Shown here piece by piece: positions 44,058 through 53,962 of a stretch of 64,000 nt of DNA. Made by a program: the position numbers and the translations under genes. The stretch's first letter is position 1. Each line of letters starts with the position of its first letter. Below the pieces are notes generated by a model. It ran no database searches. It worked only from the letters and a program-made list of their open reading frames with translations, and was not told the DNA's origin. Source of the DNA: an uncultured Gammaproteobacteria bacterium (GTDB lineage Bacteria > Pseudomonadota > Gammaproteobacteria > Steroidobacterales > Rariloculaceae); assembly GCA_964384125.1 (NCBI GenBank), contig CAYLKA010000005.1, forward strand, positions 1,554 through 65,553, written 5' to 3'.

Positions 44058-45104
44058 ATGAGTGAAGAGAAAAATCTGGTTGTTGCAGCGGGCGTGTTGC
44101 TCGCATTAGTGCTGGCTGCACCCGTTCACTCGGATTCTGTGTCTGACTTTTACGAGGGTCGGCAGGTACGTCTCCTCATCGGTTACAGCGCCGGGGGTGG
44201 ATACGATACCTACGCGCGGCTACTTGCACGGCATCTGGGCAAGCACATACCCGGCAACCCGACCGTCGTTCCCCAGAACATGCCTGGTGCGGGAAGCCTT
44301 ACAGTAGCTAACTTCCTTTACAACGTCGCTCCGAAGGACGGTAGTGTGATCGGAACGTTCGCACGGGGTATGGCGATGGAACCGTTGTTGTCCGGCGATG
44401 GAACACGTTTCAACGCGAGTGAGTTTTCGTGGATTGGTAGTCTCAATAATGAGGTTAGTGTATGCGCCTCGTGGCACACCTCTGACGTTCGAACAATGCA
44501 GGATCTGGAAACCAGGGAACTCATTGTCGGGGGCACCGGCTCCGGGGCAGATACCGACACTTTCCCTATCGTGATGAGTAATTTGCTCACCGCAAACATC
44601 AAACTGATATCAGGTTACCCGGGTGGAAATGACGTTTTGTTGGCGATGGAACGCGGTGAGGTAGATGGCCGGTGTGGGTGGTCATGGTCCACCATTAAAT
44701 CTCGCAACGCCGATTGGTTAGCTGAAGGTAGGATCAATATCCTCGTGCAACTTGCGTTGGAGAAACATCCGGATCTTGCGCACGTGCCGCTTATCACAGA
44801 CTTTGCGGACAACGAGGACGAACTGATGGCGATGGAGCTGATCTTCGCGCGGCAGGTGATGGGGCGGCCTTACCTCGCTCCCCCGGGAATTCCGGCCGAT
44901 CGACACGAAGTTCTGAGGCGTGCTTTCGACGCAACGACTCGCGACCCGGAGTTTCTCGCCGATGCTGAACGCATTCAGCTCGAACTCAACCCCGTCAACG
45001 GGGAGGAGATCGATGCTCTTATCGTTCGCATCTACGGGGCATCGGAAAACGCGATAGGACTCGCGTCTGATGCGATCGTCAATACCGCTAATAACAATCG
45101 ATGA
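44058..45104 (+). CDS. tctC: TctC/Bug-family substrate-binding protein
   Basis: AAGGGAGA RBS. Signal peptide MSEEKNLVVAAGVLLALVLAAPVHS. GYSAGGGYDTYARL and QNMPGAGS motifs. Confidence 0.85.
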   Translation: MSEEKNLVVAAGVLLALVLAAPVHSDSVSDFYEGRQVRLLIGYSAGGGYDTYARLLARHLGKHIPGNPTVVPQNMPGAGSLTVANFLYNVAPKDGSVIGTFARGMAMEPLLSGDGTRFNASEFSWIGSLNNEVSVCASWHTSDVRTMQDLETRELIVGGTGSGADTDTFPIVMSNLLTANIKLISGYPGGNDVLLAMERGEVDGRCGWSWSTIKSRNADWLAEGRINILVQLALEKHPDLAHVPLITDFADNEDELMAMELIFARQVMGRPYLAPPGIPADRHEVLRRAFDATTRDPEFLADAERIQLELNPVNGEEIDALIVRIYGASENAIGLASDAIVNTANNNR

Positions 45105-45172
45105 ATTCAGGGCAGAGGAGGGCACCGTACCGCTCGCCGCCCGGGAACACTTGAGCGCCGGAGGACACTGAG

Positions 45173-47200
45173 TTGGACTTCAGCGCGCTCGAGTTCGCAA
45201 TATCCGCCCTTAACATCATGCTTGATCCTGCTCGCCTCATGGTATTGGCGGCTGGAGTGCTTGTCGGGTTGACGATCGGAGTTATCCCGGGCCTTGGCGG
45301 AATCGTTGGCATTGCTCTACTGATTCCCTTCACCTTCGAGATGGATCCGTACTCGGCCTTTGCCTTCCTGATAGGGATCGGTGCAGTCACCACGACCTCC
45401 GACACTGTGCCCGCGGTTCTTTTCGGTGTCCCAGGAACGACCGGGTCTGCGGCAACGATCCTTGATGGTCATCCACTCGCGAAACGCGGTCAGGCGGGAC
45501 GGGCTTTCGGAGCGGCTTATACCGCTTCTCTCCTCGGCGGGCTCGCCGGCGCTGTGCTGCTTGCGGTCAGCATTCCGGTGCTGCGCCCGGTGATTCTCTA
45601 CCTTGGTTCCCCAGAGCTATTGGCCATTTGCGTATTCGGTATGTCGATGGTGGCAGTGCTTAGCGGGAAGGCGCCCCTGCGAGGGATGGTCGCTGGGGGA
45701 ATAGGGCTGATGGTTGCCATGGTGGGTTCGGACCCACAGACGGGCACCATGCGGTGGACCTTCGACACGCTGTATCTGTGGGATGGTCTGCCGCTCGTGC
45801 CGATCACCTTGGGCTTATTCGCGTTGCCTGAACTCGCGGATCTTGCCATTCGGCGCCAAAGCATCGGCCGGCAGGCGAGAGTCGACACACGTTCGGGACA
45901 ACTGCAGGGCATCCGGGACTCGTTGAAACGTTGGTGGTTGGTTCTCCGATGCAGTTGGATCGGTGCGGCCCTGGGAGCCGTCCCAGGGATGGGTGCTGCG
46001 GTCATCGATTGGCTTGCCTACGGCCATGCCCTGAAGACTGAAAAAGACACCGAGCGATTTGGTGAGGGGGATATCCGGGGCGTGATCGCCTCGGAGAGCT
46101 CCAACAATGCGAAGGAGGGCGGTGCCCTCGTGCCTACGCTGGCCTTTGGTGTTCCCGGCAGTGCGTCCATGGCGATCCTCCTGGGGGCGTTTACGATGCA
46201 TGGCCTGGTGCCAGGTCCGAGGATGCTAACGGAGAATCTTGAGGTCACCTACTCGATCGTCTGGAGCCTCGCTTTGGCTAACGTGTTGGGCGCGGGCTTG
46301 TGTCTGACGTTCAGTAATCAGCTGGCGCGCGTTGCCACGATTCGAATGGGACTGCTGCTGCCTGTGGTTTTGGCCATCATCTTTCTCGGTGCGTTTCAAG
46401 GGTCTCGCCAATGGGGGGATCTCCACGTTCTCCTCGGGTTCGGGCTGTTCGGCTGGGTAATGAAGCAGCAGGGTTGGCCGCGTCCACCCCTGATTCTCGG
46501 AGTGGTGCTTGGTGATATCGTTGAGCGTTACCTGTTCATCTCTGTGAACCGGTACGACTGGGCATGGCTGAGCCGACCACTTGTCATTTTGTTTTTCACG
46601 CTCGCACTGCTTGGGCTGTTGGGACCGTTAGTGCGCAATCTCCGTGCGGCGGTTGGAAAAGGTTCCGGGCTTCGGCTACAGCCCCGGTTTTCCACGTCGG
46701 CGTTGTTCACGGTGAGCATTCTCGCGGTTCTGGTGGGATTCGTCCTGGTCACTTCACAATGGAACTTTGAGGCCCGAATTGTTCCGTTGGCCGTCGGATA
46801 TACAGCCATGATCTGTGCGATTCTGAGTGTGATTAACGAAGTTTTTCTCCGATCGGCTACCGGTGCGGCCCTCGAAACGGAATCCAGCGCTGAGGCGAGC
46901 GGTAAAGGAGAAGCACTCACGTTGAATGGGCAGACCGTTCTCATAAGGGCGGCCGAGTTTTTTGCCTGGTGTGGTGGGTATTTATTATTGGCCCGCGTCA
47001 CGGGTATGCTCCCCTCGATTTTTGTCTTTGTGGTGCTGGGTGTCCGGTTTTGGGGCCGCGAGACGATTGCGTGGGCGTTGGGGTTGGGAATAGGAGTTAC
47101 CGCGTTCAGTTGGCTCCTATTCGATCGTGTTTTGTCGATACCCTGGCCTCAGAATTTGCTTGGGGGGATTTTTCCGGCGCTGCAACCTTTCTTGCGATGA
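45173..47200 (+). CDS. tctA: TctA large permease fused to a C-terminal TctB-like 4-TM module
   Basis: 675 aa. The first ~500 aa are colinear with the standalone TctA (VIPGLGG, GVPGTTGSAATILDG, GAVPGMGAAVIDW). The last ~170 aa mirror the standalone TctB pattern (ARIVPLAVG ... FWGRETIAWALGLG). Confidence 0.78.
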   Translation: MDFSALEFAISALNIMLDPARLMVLAAGVLVGLTIGVIPGLGGIVGIALLIPFTFEMDPYSAFAFLIGIGAVTTTSDTVPAVLFGVPGTTGSAATILDGHPLAKRGQAGRAFGAAYTASLLGGLAGAVLLAVSIPVLRPVILYLGSPELLAICVFGMSMVAVLSGKAPLRGMVAGGIGLMVAMVGSDPQTGTMRWTFDTLYLWDGLPLVPITLGLFALPELADLAIRRQSIGRQARVDTRSGQLQGIRDSLKRWWLVLRCSWIGAALGAVPGMGAAVIDWLAYGHALKTEKDTERFGEGDIRGVIASESSNNAKEGGALVPTLAFGVPGSASMAILLGAFTMHGLVPGPRMLTENLEVTYSIVWSLALANVLGAGLCLTFSNQLARVATIRMGLLLPVVLAIIFLGAFQGSRQWGDLHVLLGFGLFGWVMKQQGWPRPPLILGVVLGDIVERYLFISVNRYDWAWLSRPLVILFFTLALLGLLGPLVRNLRAAVGKGSGLRLQPRFSTSALFTVSILAVLVGFVLVTSQWNFEARIVPLAVGYTAMICAILSVINEVFLRSATGAALETESSAEASGKGEALTLNGQTVLIRAAEFFAWCGGYLLLARVTGMLPSIFVFVVLGVRFWGRETIAWALGLGIGVTAFSWLLFDRVLSIPWPQNLLGGIFPALQPFLR

Positions 47201-47253
47201 TGTCGCCGAGAGGCATGGATAAACCTTCGTTACTTACTTCAAAGAGAAAAGCT

Positions 47254-48342
47254 ATGACAGACGCTCACGAACCTAAGTTCCTGTGTGATCCGTATCTCGA
47301 TTGGGCCGAGGCAGAGGGCATACCGATGGTCGAGGACTTCGGTGTTGATCTGAATGAGGTCGAAACACGTCCGTGGGCCCGCATGGGTCTTGACGGGGCA
47401 CTCGTGCATCTTAAGGGCCGAGGTGATTTTCTCTGCGTGTTCGTGCTCGATCTTCCTCCTGGAGGAAAGTCTTCACCCCAACGTCATGTCTTCGAAGAAG
47501 TCGTCTACGTGCTCGAAGGCCAGGGCAGTACGACTATCAAGACCCATGATGGCCAGACCCATAGCTTCGAGTGGAGCCAGGGGGGGCTTTTTGCTTTGCC
47601 GCTGAATGCTACGTATCAGCACTTCAACGGCAGTGGAAAATCCAGAGCACGCCTATCGTCAACAAACAATCTGCCAATGGTCTTGAACCTTTTTCACAAC
47701 GACGCTTTTGTGTTCGACAATTCGTTCGATTTTGTGGAGCGAGAGGGCAAAGAGACATTCTTTTCCGGTGAGGGGGATTTCATCCCTAAGACGCCTGGTC
47801 GGCACATGTGGGAGACGAATTTTATTCCTGATTTGAGGCAGTTCGAACTCGTCAAGTGGGAGAAACGGGGAGCCGGTGGCTCGAATATGATGTTTGTTCT
47901 GGCGGACGGCACGATGCATGCCCATTCCTCGGAAATGCCGGTTGGTACCTACAAGAAGGCGCACCGCCATGGTGCGGACTTTCATGTGTCCTGCATTACC
48001 GGTACTGGCTATTCGTTATTGTGGTACGAAGATGATGCGGAATTTGTTCGGGTGGACTGGGATCATGGCGTCGTCTTTGCGCCACCCGACGGTATGTATC
48101 ACCAGCATTTCAACACAAGCCCGACGCCAGCCCGATACCTCGCTATCGCGCTGGGCGGGTTACGTTACCCAATGGTTGCCGAGAAACGCGCGGTGTTCAT
48201 GGGGATGGACGTCAACGTACGCGATGGTGGGGCACAGATCGAGTACGAGGACCAGGACGCCCGCATTCATGAGATTTATCTGGAGGCGTTGCGGGAAAAT
48301 GGTGTCGATTCAGGTATGGGGCGTTTTCTGCAGGAAAACTGA
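47254..48342 (+). CDS. Bicupin protein (tandem paralog 1)
   Basis: 362 aa from ATG 47254. The ORF-track start 46969 overlaps tctA-B. Cores QRHVFEEVVYVLEGQG ... YQHFNGSG and GTYKKAHRHGADFH ... MYHQHFNTS. Confidence 0.78.
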   Translation: MTDAHEPKFLCDPYLDWAEAEGIPMVEDFGVDLNEVETRPWARMGLDGALVHLKGRGDFLCVFVLDLPPGGKSSPQRHVFEEVVYVLEGQGSTTIKTHDGQTHSFEWSQGGLFALPLNATYQHFNGSGKSRARLSSTNNLPMVLNLFHNDAFVFDNSFDFVEREGKETFFSGEGDFIPKTPGRHMWETNFIPDLRQFELVKWEKRGAGGSNMMFVLADGTMHAHSSEMPVGTYKKAHRHGADFHVSCITGTGYSLLWYEDDAEFVRVDWDHGVVFAPPDGMYHQHFNTSPTPARYLAIALGGLRYPMVAEKRAVFMGMDVNVRDGGAQIEYEDQDARIHEIYLEALRENGVDSGMGRFLQEN

Positions 48343-48370
48343 GCGCTGATGACTGGGTGGTGTAGCTGAA

Positions 48371-49459
48371 ATGGCAAGTTCAGAACCGAAATTTCTGTTT
48401 GACCCTTATCTCGATTGGGTGGAGAAAGAAGGTCCTGCGGTTACGGAGGGTCTTGGAATCGATCTGCTTGAAATCAAGACTACTCCTTGGCCTCGTTTGG
48501 GAGTCGATGGGGCCTTCGCGCATTTAAGGGGACGCGGTGACTTTGTCTCCATCTTTGTGATCGATATTCCTCCGGGTGGAAATACAGCGCCCCAGCGTCA
48601 CCTTTTCGAGGAAGTCGTCTATGTTCTCGAGGGCCGCGGCAGTACGACCATCAAGACGTCGGATGGGGAGACACACAGCTTCGAGTGGGGGCCCAAGAGT
48701 CTTTTCGCGTTACCCTTGAACGCCGAGTATCGACACTTCAACGGGAGTGGTCGTTCTCGGGTAAGAATTGCCTCAACGAATAATCTCCCGGTGGTACTGA
48801 ACGTTTTTCATAATGAGGCCTTCATTTTTAAAAACGATGCTTCCTTTCCAGAGCGCGCGGGCAAGGCTGGGTATTTTAGTGGTGAAGGCGAGTTCATTCC
48901 CAAACGACCCGGCCGCCACATGTGGGAGACGAACTTCGTGCCGGATGTTAGTGCTTTCGAGCTCCGTTCCTGGGATAAGCGAGGTGCTGGCAGCTCTAAT
49001 ATGAAGTTCATACTCGCCGACGGCACGATGCATGCACACTCTTCAGAGATGCCGGTTGGAACCTACAAGAAGGCGCATCGTCACGGCCCAGACTTTCACG
49101 TGTTTAATGTCACCGGCGGCGGATACTCGCTGTTGTGGTACGAGGATGATGAGGATTTCGAGAGGGTAAATTGGCGCCATGGCGTCGTTTTCGCCCCGCC
49201 AGACGGAATGTACCATCAGCATTACAATACGGGTAACCAGCCTGCTCGTTACCTAGCGATCGCCCTTGGGAGCCTTCGGTATCCATTTACGTCGGCCAAA
49301 CGTCGGTTGTTTGAAGGGGTGGATGTGAACGTTCGTGATGGCGGCGCTCAGATAGAGTACGAAGATCAGGATCCACGCATCCATCAGATTTATCTTCGAG
49401 AGCTCGCAGCGAACGGTGTTGGTTCGCGGATGAACGAGTATATCGATGAGAATCTCTGA
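48371..49459 (+). CDS. Bicupin protein (tandem paralog 2)
   Basis: 362 aa, the same length as paralog 1. By eye roughly two thirds of positions are identical. Cores QRHLFEEVVYVLEGRG ... YRHFNGSG and GTYKKAHRHGPDFH ... MYHQHYNTG. Confidence 0.78.
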   Translation: MASSEPKFLFDPYLDWVEKEGPAVTEGLGIDLLEIKTTPWPRLGVDGAFAHLRGRGDFVSIFVIDIPPGGNTAPQRHLFEEVVYVLEGRGSTTIKTSDGETHSFEWGPKSLFALPLNAEYRHFNGSGRSRVRIASTNNLPVVLNVFHNEAFIFKNDASFPERAGKAGYFSGEGEFIPKRPGRHMWETNFVPDVSAFELRSWDKRGAGSSNMKFILADGTMHAHSSEMPVGTYKKAHRHGPDFHVFNVTGGGYSLLWYEDDEDFERVNWRHGVVFAPPDGMYHQHYNTGNQPARYLAIALGSLRYPFTSAKRRLFEGVDVNVRDGGAQIEYEDQDPRIHQIYLRELAANGVGSRMNEYIDENL

Positions 49460-51026
49460 GTCATTTCCTTCGCGCAGATCAGAGTGGTTCCAGTCCGAGT
49501 TGTTTTTGCACGAGCTCGGATTCGATCATTTACATCCAACCGAAGAGGAGAAAAAGCAACTCAGCGAGATTATCTGGTCCACTGACAACATCGTGCTAAG
49601 GACGGTGGGTGTGGATATTGGGTCTTCCACTTCCCATCTCATGTTCTCCCGTGTCCATCTTCAACGACTCTCTGAGGCTTTATCGAGTCGCTTCGTGGTA
49701 GTGAATCGGGAAATGCTGTGGCGCTCACCGATATTACTGACACCTTATTCATCCGGTAGGACTATCGACGCTGAGAGATTGGGAGCGTTTATATCTGACG
49801 CATATAAAGAGGCCGGACTGACGCCCGAGGACATCGACAGTGGTGCGGTGATTCTCACAGGTGAGGCGCTCAAGCGACGTAACTCACGGGTCATCGCAGA
49901 CCTCTTCGCAGACCAGTCGGGTAAATTCGTCTGCGCCTTGGCGGGCCATCATCTCGAGGCCGTCATGGCAGCGCATGGCTCTGGGGCGGTGGAATACTCT
50001 CGTCGTCACCATAAGACCGTCCTCAACGTGGACATCGGGGGCGGTACTACCAAATTGGCACTCGCACACGGCGGGAGCCTGCTCGGTCACGCGGCGGTAG
50101 CCGTTGGCGGCCGCCTCGTTGCTTTCGATGAAAGCGGGGCGTTGACGAGGATCGAGGAACCAGCGTTTCGAATCGCCGAGGAGGTAGGTGTAAAGCTCGT
50201 ATACGGGGAGAAACTGACAGCCGATGATCGTGACAGAATGGTTAGCGCGATGGCAGACGTCGTGATCACTGCGAGCTGCCTCCGCCCTTGGGAGGGTTTA
50301 GGTGCAGCGTTGGCGCTAACGGAATGTCTGCCCGAAACGTCCCCTGTGGATGCTGTAACGTTTTCAGGCGGTGTGGCCGAGTACATCTTTGGTCGAGAGG
50401 AGGAGGGTCACTCCGATCTGGGTCGCGATCTCGCAGCTAGGATCGTAGAGGCACTCAGAGGGAAGCGAATCCCGTATCCGGTGTATGACCCCGGTAACGG
50501 CATCTGCGCTACTGTAATTGGCGCGTCGCAGTTCTCGGTGCAGGTGAGCGGCAACACGATTCTCATATCAGGTGAGGGGTCATTGCCGCTGCGCAACGTT
50601 CCCGTCGTGCATCTGACGACCCAACTTGATGGGGAGATTGACGCCGACGTCGTTGCTCAGGATATCGCTGCCGCGCTCGAGTCTTTCGACATCGTTGAGG
50701 GGGAGGTGCCGGCCGCGCTCGCTTTCCGCTGGCAGGGAGACCCGCTGCATTCGCGGTTACACGAACTGGCGTTCGGTATAACAAAGGGTTTTTCTCGGAC
50801 GATCGCAGCGAAAGCGCCTCTTATCCTTTTGATGGATGGCGACATCGGGCGGACCTTGGGAGAGATACTACGACGAGAACTGAACGTCTCCGGGGACATT
50901 ATATCTGTTGATGGTGTGCAGCTTAGGACTTTCGACTACGTAGACATAGGCGAGCTGATAGAGCCTACGCACGTGGTACCGCTCATCATTAAATCCCTGC
51001 TCTTTTCCACGGGCGATTCGGATTAA
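49446..51026 (+). CDS. EutA-like ASKHA-fold ATPase
   Basis: 526 aa. VGVDIGSSTSHLMFSRVHLQR, VILTGEALKRRNS, ALAGHHLEAVMAAHGSGA, LNVDIGGGTTK. Its ATG overlaps the bicupin stop by 14 nt. Confidence 0.75.
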   Translation: MRISESFPSRRSEWFQSELFLHELGFDHLHPTEEEKKQLSEIIWSTDNIVLRTVGVDIGSSTSHLMFSRVHLQRLSEALSSRFVVVNREMLWRSPILLTPYSSGRTIDAERLGAFISDAYKEAGLTPEDIDSGAVILTGEALKRRNSRVIADLFADQSGKFVCALAGHHLEAVMAAHGSGAVEYSRRHHKTVLNVDIGGGTTKLALAHGGSLLGHAAVAVGGRLVAFDESGALTRIEEPAFRIAEEVGVKLVYGEKLTADDRDRMVSAMADVVITASCLRPWEGLGAALALTECLPETSPVDAVTFSGGVAEYIFGREEEGHSDLGRDLAARIVEALRGKRIPYPVYDPGNGICATVIGASQFSVQVSGNTILISGEGSLPLRNVPVVHLTTQLDGEIDADVVAQDIAAALESFDIVEGEVPAALAFRWQGDPLHSRLHELAFGITKGFSRTIAAKAPLILLMDGDIGRTLGEILRRELNVSGDIISVDGVQLRTFDYVDIGELIEPTHVVPLIIKSLLFSTGDSD

Positions 51027-51066
51027 CGCAGTACGCGCTAATACCCTAAGCCGCGATGCGAAGTTT

Positions 51067-52266
51067 TTGGGCTTGGTGTCATCCGGGCACTTCGTGAGTC
51101 ACTTCCTGACATTGACCCTGCCGCCTCTTTTTCCCTTTCTCCGAGCCGATTTCGACCTGGGTTACACAGAGCTGGGTTTGATCATGACGCTTTACGCTGC
51201 TGCCACCGGAATATTCCAGGTTCCTATGGGAATGCTGGTGGATAGGAAAGGCGCTTTCCCATTGTTGTTGACGGGTCTAACGGTGCTGTGCCTCTCCGTA
51301 GCCGGAATTGGGCTGACAAATTCACCTTGGACACTAGGGGCTTTGGCCGTACTGGCAGGCTCGGCTAACAGCGTTTTCCATCCCGCCAATTACGCGATCC
51401 TTGGTGCGACTGTAAACCCTAGTCGACTCGGACGGGCTTTCGGGGTCCACACTTTCGCTGGTCATTTTGGCAATGCACTGGCGCCCATCACGATCATCTT
51501 CCTGGCGGTAACTTGGGGTTGGCGTGCGGCTTTGGTGACGGTCGGTGCCATGGGGCTGATGGTAACCGGCGCGATCTTGTTAAGTGGTAATCCTGGTGAT
51601 GGCGATACGCAGGTGGCGCGACGTTCCGAACGGGCTAGGGATGGAGGGAAGAACCAAGAGTCCAATTCTTTAAAGTTTCTTTTCTCTTCTCCACTTTTGA
51701 AACTTTTCCTTTTCTTCGTGCTGACGGCGGCCGCATCCAACGGGATGCAAACTTTCTCTGTGACCGCCTTGGTCATGCTTTTCGACACGCCGCTAGTGAC
51801 TGCAAGTGCTGCGCTGACAGTTTTTTTGTTTGCGTCGTCAGTCGGTATTCTCGCGGGGGGAATACTGGCCGACTTTACAAGCCGGCACGATCTCGTGGCG
51901 GCGTTGGCGTTCGCGCTTACCGCCGCCATTATTGCGCTGGTGGGTTCCGTCGCTCTACCTGCGTTTCTGCTGATGTTGCTAATGGGGACGGCGGGCCTAC
52001 TTCAAGGAGTTATTCGCCCCGCGCGTGACATGCTTGTGCATGCGGCAGCCCCAGAGGGTGCCACGGGTAAGGTGTTTGGTTTCGTCACGACGGGTATCAA
52101 TGTCGGCGGTGCCCTCATGCCCCTCCTTCTGGGATGGCTAGTGGATCGGGGTGCTGCGGAGGGGGTGTTTTGGCTCATAGCCCTTGTCATGGTGTTGGCT
52201 CTTGTGACGGTGCTTACCACCCGCCAACCGACCGGGCCGATCAGGGTTCCTCAGGAATACGATTGA
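51067..52266 (+). CDS. MFS transporter
   Basis: 399 aa with about 12 TM helices. Typical MFS loop MLVDRKGAFP after TM2. TTG start, N-terminus uncertain. Confidence 0.75.
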   Translation: MGLVSSGHFVSHFLTLTLPPLFPFLRADFDLGYTELGLIMTLYAAATGIFQVPMGMLVDRKGAFPLLLTGLTVLCLSVAGIGLTNSPWTLGALAVLAGSANSVFHPANYAILGATVNPSRLGRAFGVHTFAGHFGNALAPITIIFLAVTWGWRAALVTVGAMGLMVTGAILLSGNPGDGDTQVARRSERARDGGKNQESNSLKFLFSSPLLKLFLFFVLTAAASNGMQTFSVTALVMLFDTPLVTASAALTVFLFASSVGILAGGILADFTSRHDLVAALAFALTAAIIALVGSVALPAFLLMLLMGTAGLLQGVIRPARDMLVHAAAPEGATGKVFGFVTTGINVGGALMPLLLGWLVDRGAAEGVFWLIALVMVLALVTVLTTRQPTGPIRVPQEYD

Positions 52267-52377
52267 GGTACTTGGCAGCATTGAGGGCGGCGCGGCTAGG
52301 TCGCAGCTCTCAGGCTTGGTGTGAGAAGCTGATATGATTCGCGGTCCTTTAAGATTGGGTCTACGAGACCGAAGAGT

Positions 52378-53925
52378 ATGAAAAAAGACATTACGAACCT
52401 CCGTTCTACGTTGGAGTGGCTGCAGGAGCAGGGAGACGTTATTGAAACGGACAAGGAAGTGGATCCAGATCTCGAGCTCACGGGTCTACAGAAACATCTA
52501 GATGGCGGCCCGGTGATGCTCTTTAATAATGTCAAAGGCAAGCCACATGCACGGGCCATCACAAATCTTTTCTCTGACATCGAGGTGATTGACAGGATTT
52601 TCGACTATGAAGATCCCGTGCAGCGCACAAAGAAAATTGCCGAGTGCATTGAGCAGCCGCTTCCACCACGCGAAATTCCGCAGGAAGACGCACCCTGTCA
52701 GGAGACAGTTCTTACGGATGATCTTGACGTCAACAAATGGATAACCGCGATTCGTCACACCAAGCTAGAGACAGAGCTCACTGTTGGCTCGGGAATATCG
52801 TGCGTTGTTGGAGATTATTTCAACGGCGGTAGCCACATTGGTTACAACCGAATGAATTTTCGTTGGGGTAACGTTGGTACTTTCCAGATCTCGCCTGGGT
52901 CGCATATGTGGCAGGTGATGACCAAACATTACAAGGACGAGCAACCAATCCCACTGACCATGTGTTTCGGTGTCCCGCCTGCATGCACACTGGTGGCGGG
53001 CGGTGGCTTTGATTATGCGTTACTGCCTAAGGGTTGTGACGAGATTGGGATGGCAGGTGCCGCTCAGGGCTCGCCGGTCAACATCGTCAAAGCACGCACG
53101 GTTGAGAATGCTTGGGCTATTGCCGAGTCCGAGTATGTCCTGGAAGGTTATTTGTATCCCCGGGATAAGCGTTATGAAACCAGGGAGGCTGAGGAAGCCG
53201 ATGTGCAGGGCAAGTATTTCTTCCATCCGGAATGGGCCGGTTATATGGGTAAGGCTTACAAGGCACCGACCTTCCACGTTACCGCCATCACGATGCGCGA
53301 TCCGAAAACCCGTCCCATCATTTATCCACTCGGCGTTCACATGTCGGACTGCATCAACATCGATACGACTGTGCGCGAATCGGCGATTTTCGGGCTCTGC
53401 GAGCGGGTGCAGCCTGGGATCGTGCAGGATGTTCATATTCCGTACAGCATGACCGACTGGGGTGGTTGCATAATTCAGGTAAAGAAACGCAACAAAATTG
53501 AAGAGGGTTGGCAAAGAAACTTCCTGTCAGCCATCCTTTCCTGTTCTCAGGGTATGCGCTTGGCAATCGCTGTGAGCGAGGATGTGGATATCTATTCCAT
53601 GGACGACATCATGTGGTGTCTTACGACACGAGTGAATCCCCGTGCCGATATACTCAATCCTCTCCCTGGCGGTCGTGGGCAGACGTTTATGCCTTCGGAA
53701 CGCATGACCGCGGGGGATAAACAATGGACAGCATCGAACACCGAGTTTGAGGGTGGTATGGGAATCGATGCCACTGTGCCTTATGGATACGAGCAAGACT
53801 TCCACCGACCGGTTTACCCCATCGATCATGTCAAGCCGGAGGATTTCTTTACCGACGCCCAGATCGAAAATGCCAAGTCCCGGATGGCGGGTTGGGTAAT
53901 TTCGTTGGCCCGTACTGGAAGGTAA
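52378..53925 (+). CDS. UbiD-family (prFMN-dependent) decarboxylase
   Basis: 515 aa. N-terminal LRSTLEWLQEQGDVIETDKEVDPDLELTG...GGPVMLFNNVKG and overall length and composition are typical of UbiD-like decarboxylases. Confidence 0.75.
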   Translation: MKKDITNLRSTLEWLQEQGDVIETDKEVDPDLELTGLQKHLDGGPVMLFNNVKGKPHARAITNLFSDIEVIDRIFDYEDPVQRTKKIAECIEQPLPPREIPQEDAPCQETVLTDDLDVNKWITAIRHTKLETELTVGSGISCVVGDYFNGGSHIGYNRMNFRWGNVGTFQISPGSHMWQVMTKHYKDEQPIPLTMCFGVPPACTLVAGGGFDYALLPKGCDEIGMAGAAQGSPVNIVKARTVENAWAIAESEYVLEGYLYPRDKRYETREAEEADVQGKYFFHPEWAGYMGKAYKAPTFHVTAITMRDPKTRPIIYPLGVHMSDCINIDTTVRESAIFGLCERVQPGIVQDVHIPYSMTDWGGCIIQVKKRNKIEEGWQRNFLSAILSCSQGMRLAIAVSEDVDIYSMDDIMWCLTTRVNPRADILNPLPGGRGQTFMPSERMTAGDKQWTASNTEFEGGMGIDATVPYGYEQDFHRPVYPIDHVKPEDFFTDAQIENAKSRMAGWVISLARTGR

Positions 53926-53962
53926 CGGGCGGCAGGAGCAAGTCCCTAGGAGAGGCGTCCCG

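Noticed and set aside
46969-47253. Upstream extension of the first tandem bicupin (ORF-track start 46969).
   Set aside because: It overlaps the TctA-B fusion gene. ATG 47254 gives exactly the same length (362 aa) and the same N-terminal motif (EPKFL.DPYLDW) as the downstream paralog.
39362-51026. Reading the two EutA-like genes as evidence for an ethanolamine-utilisation (eut) locus.
   Set aside because: No eutB, eutC, microcompartment shell or other eut genes are present. The neighbours are cupins, a decarboxylase-like gene and carboxylate transporters, so a eut annotation would mislead.
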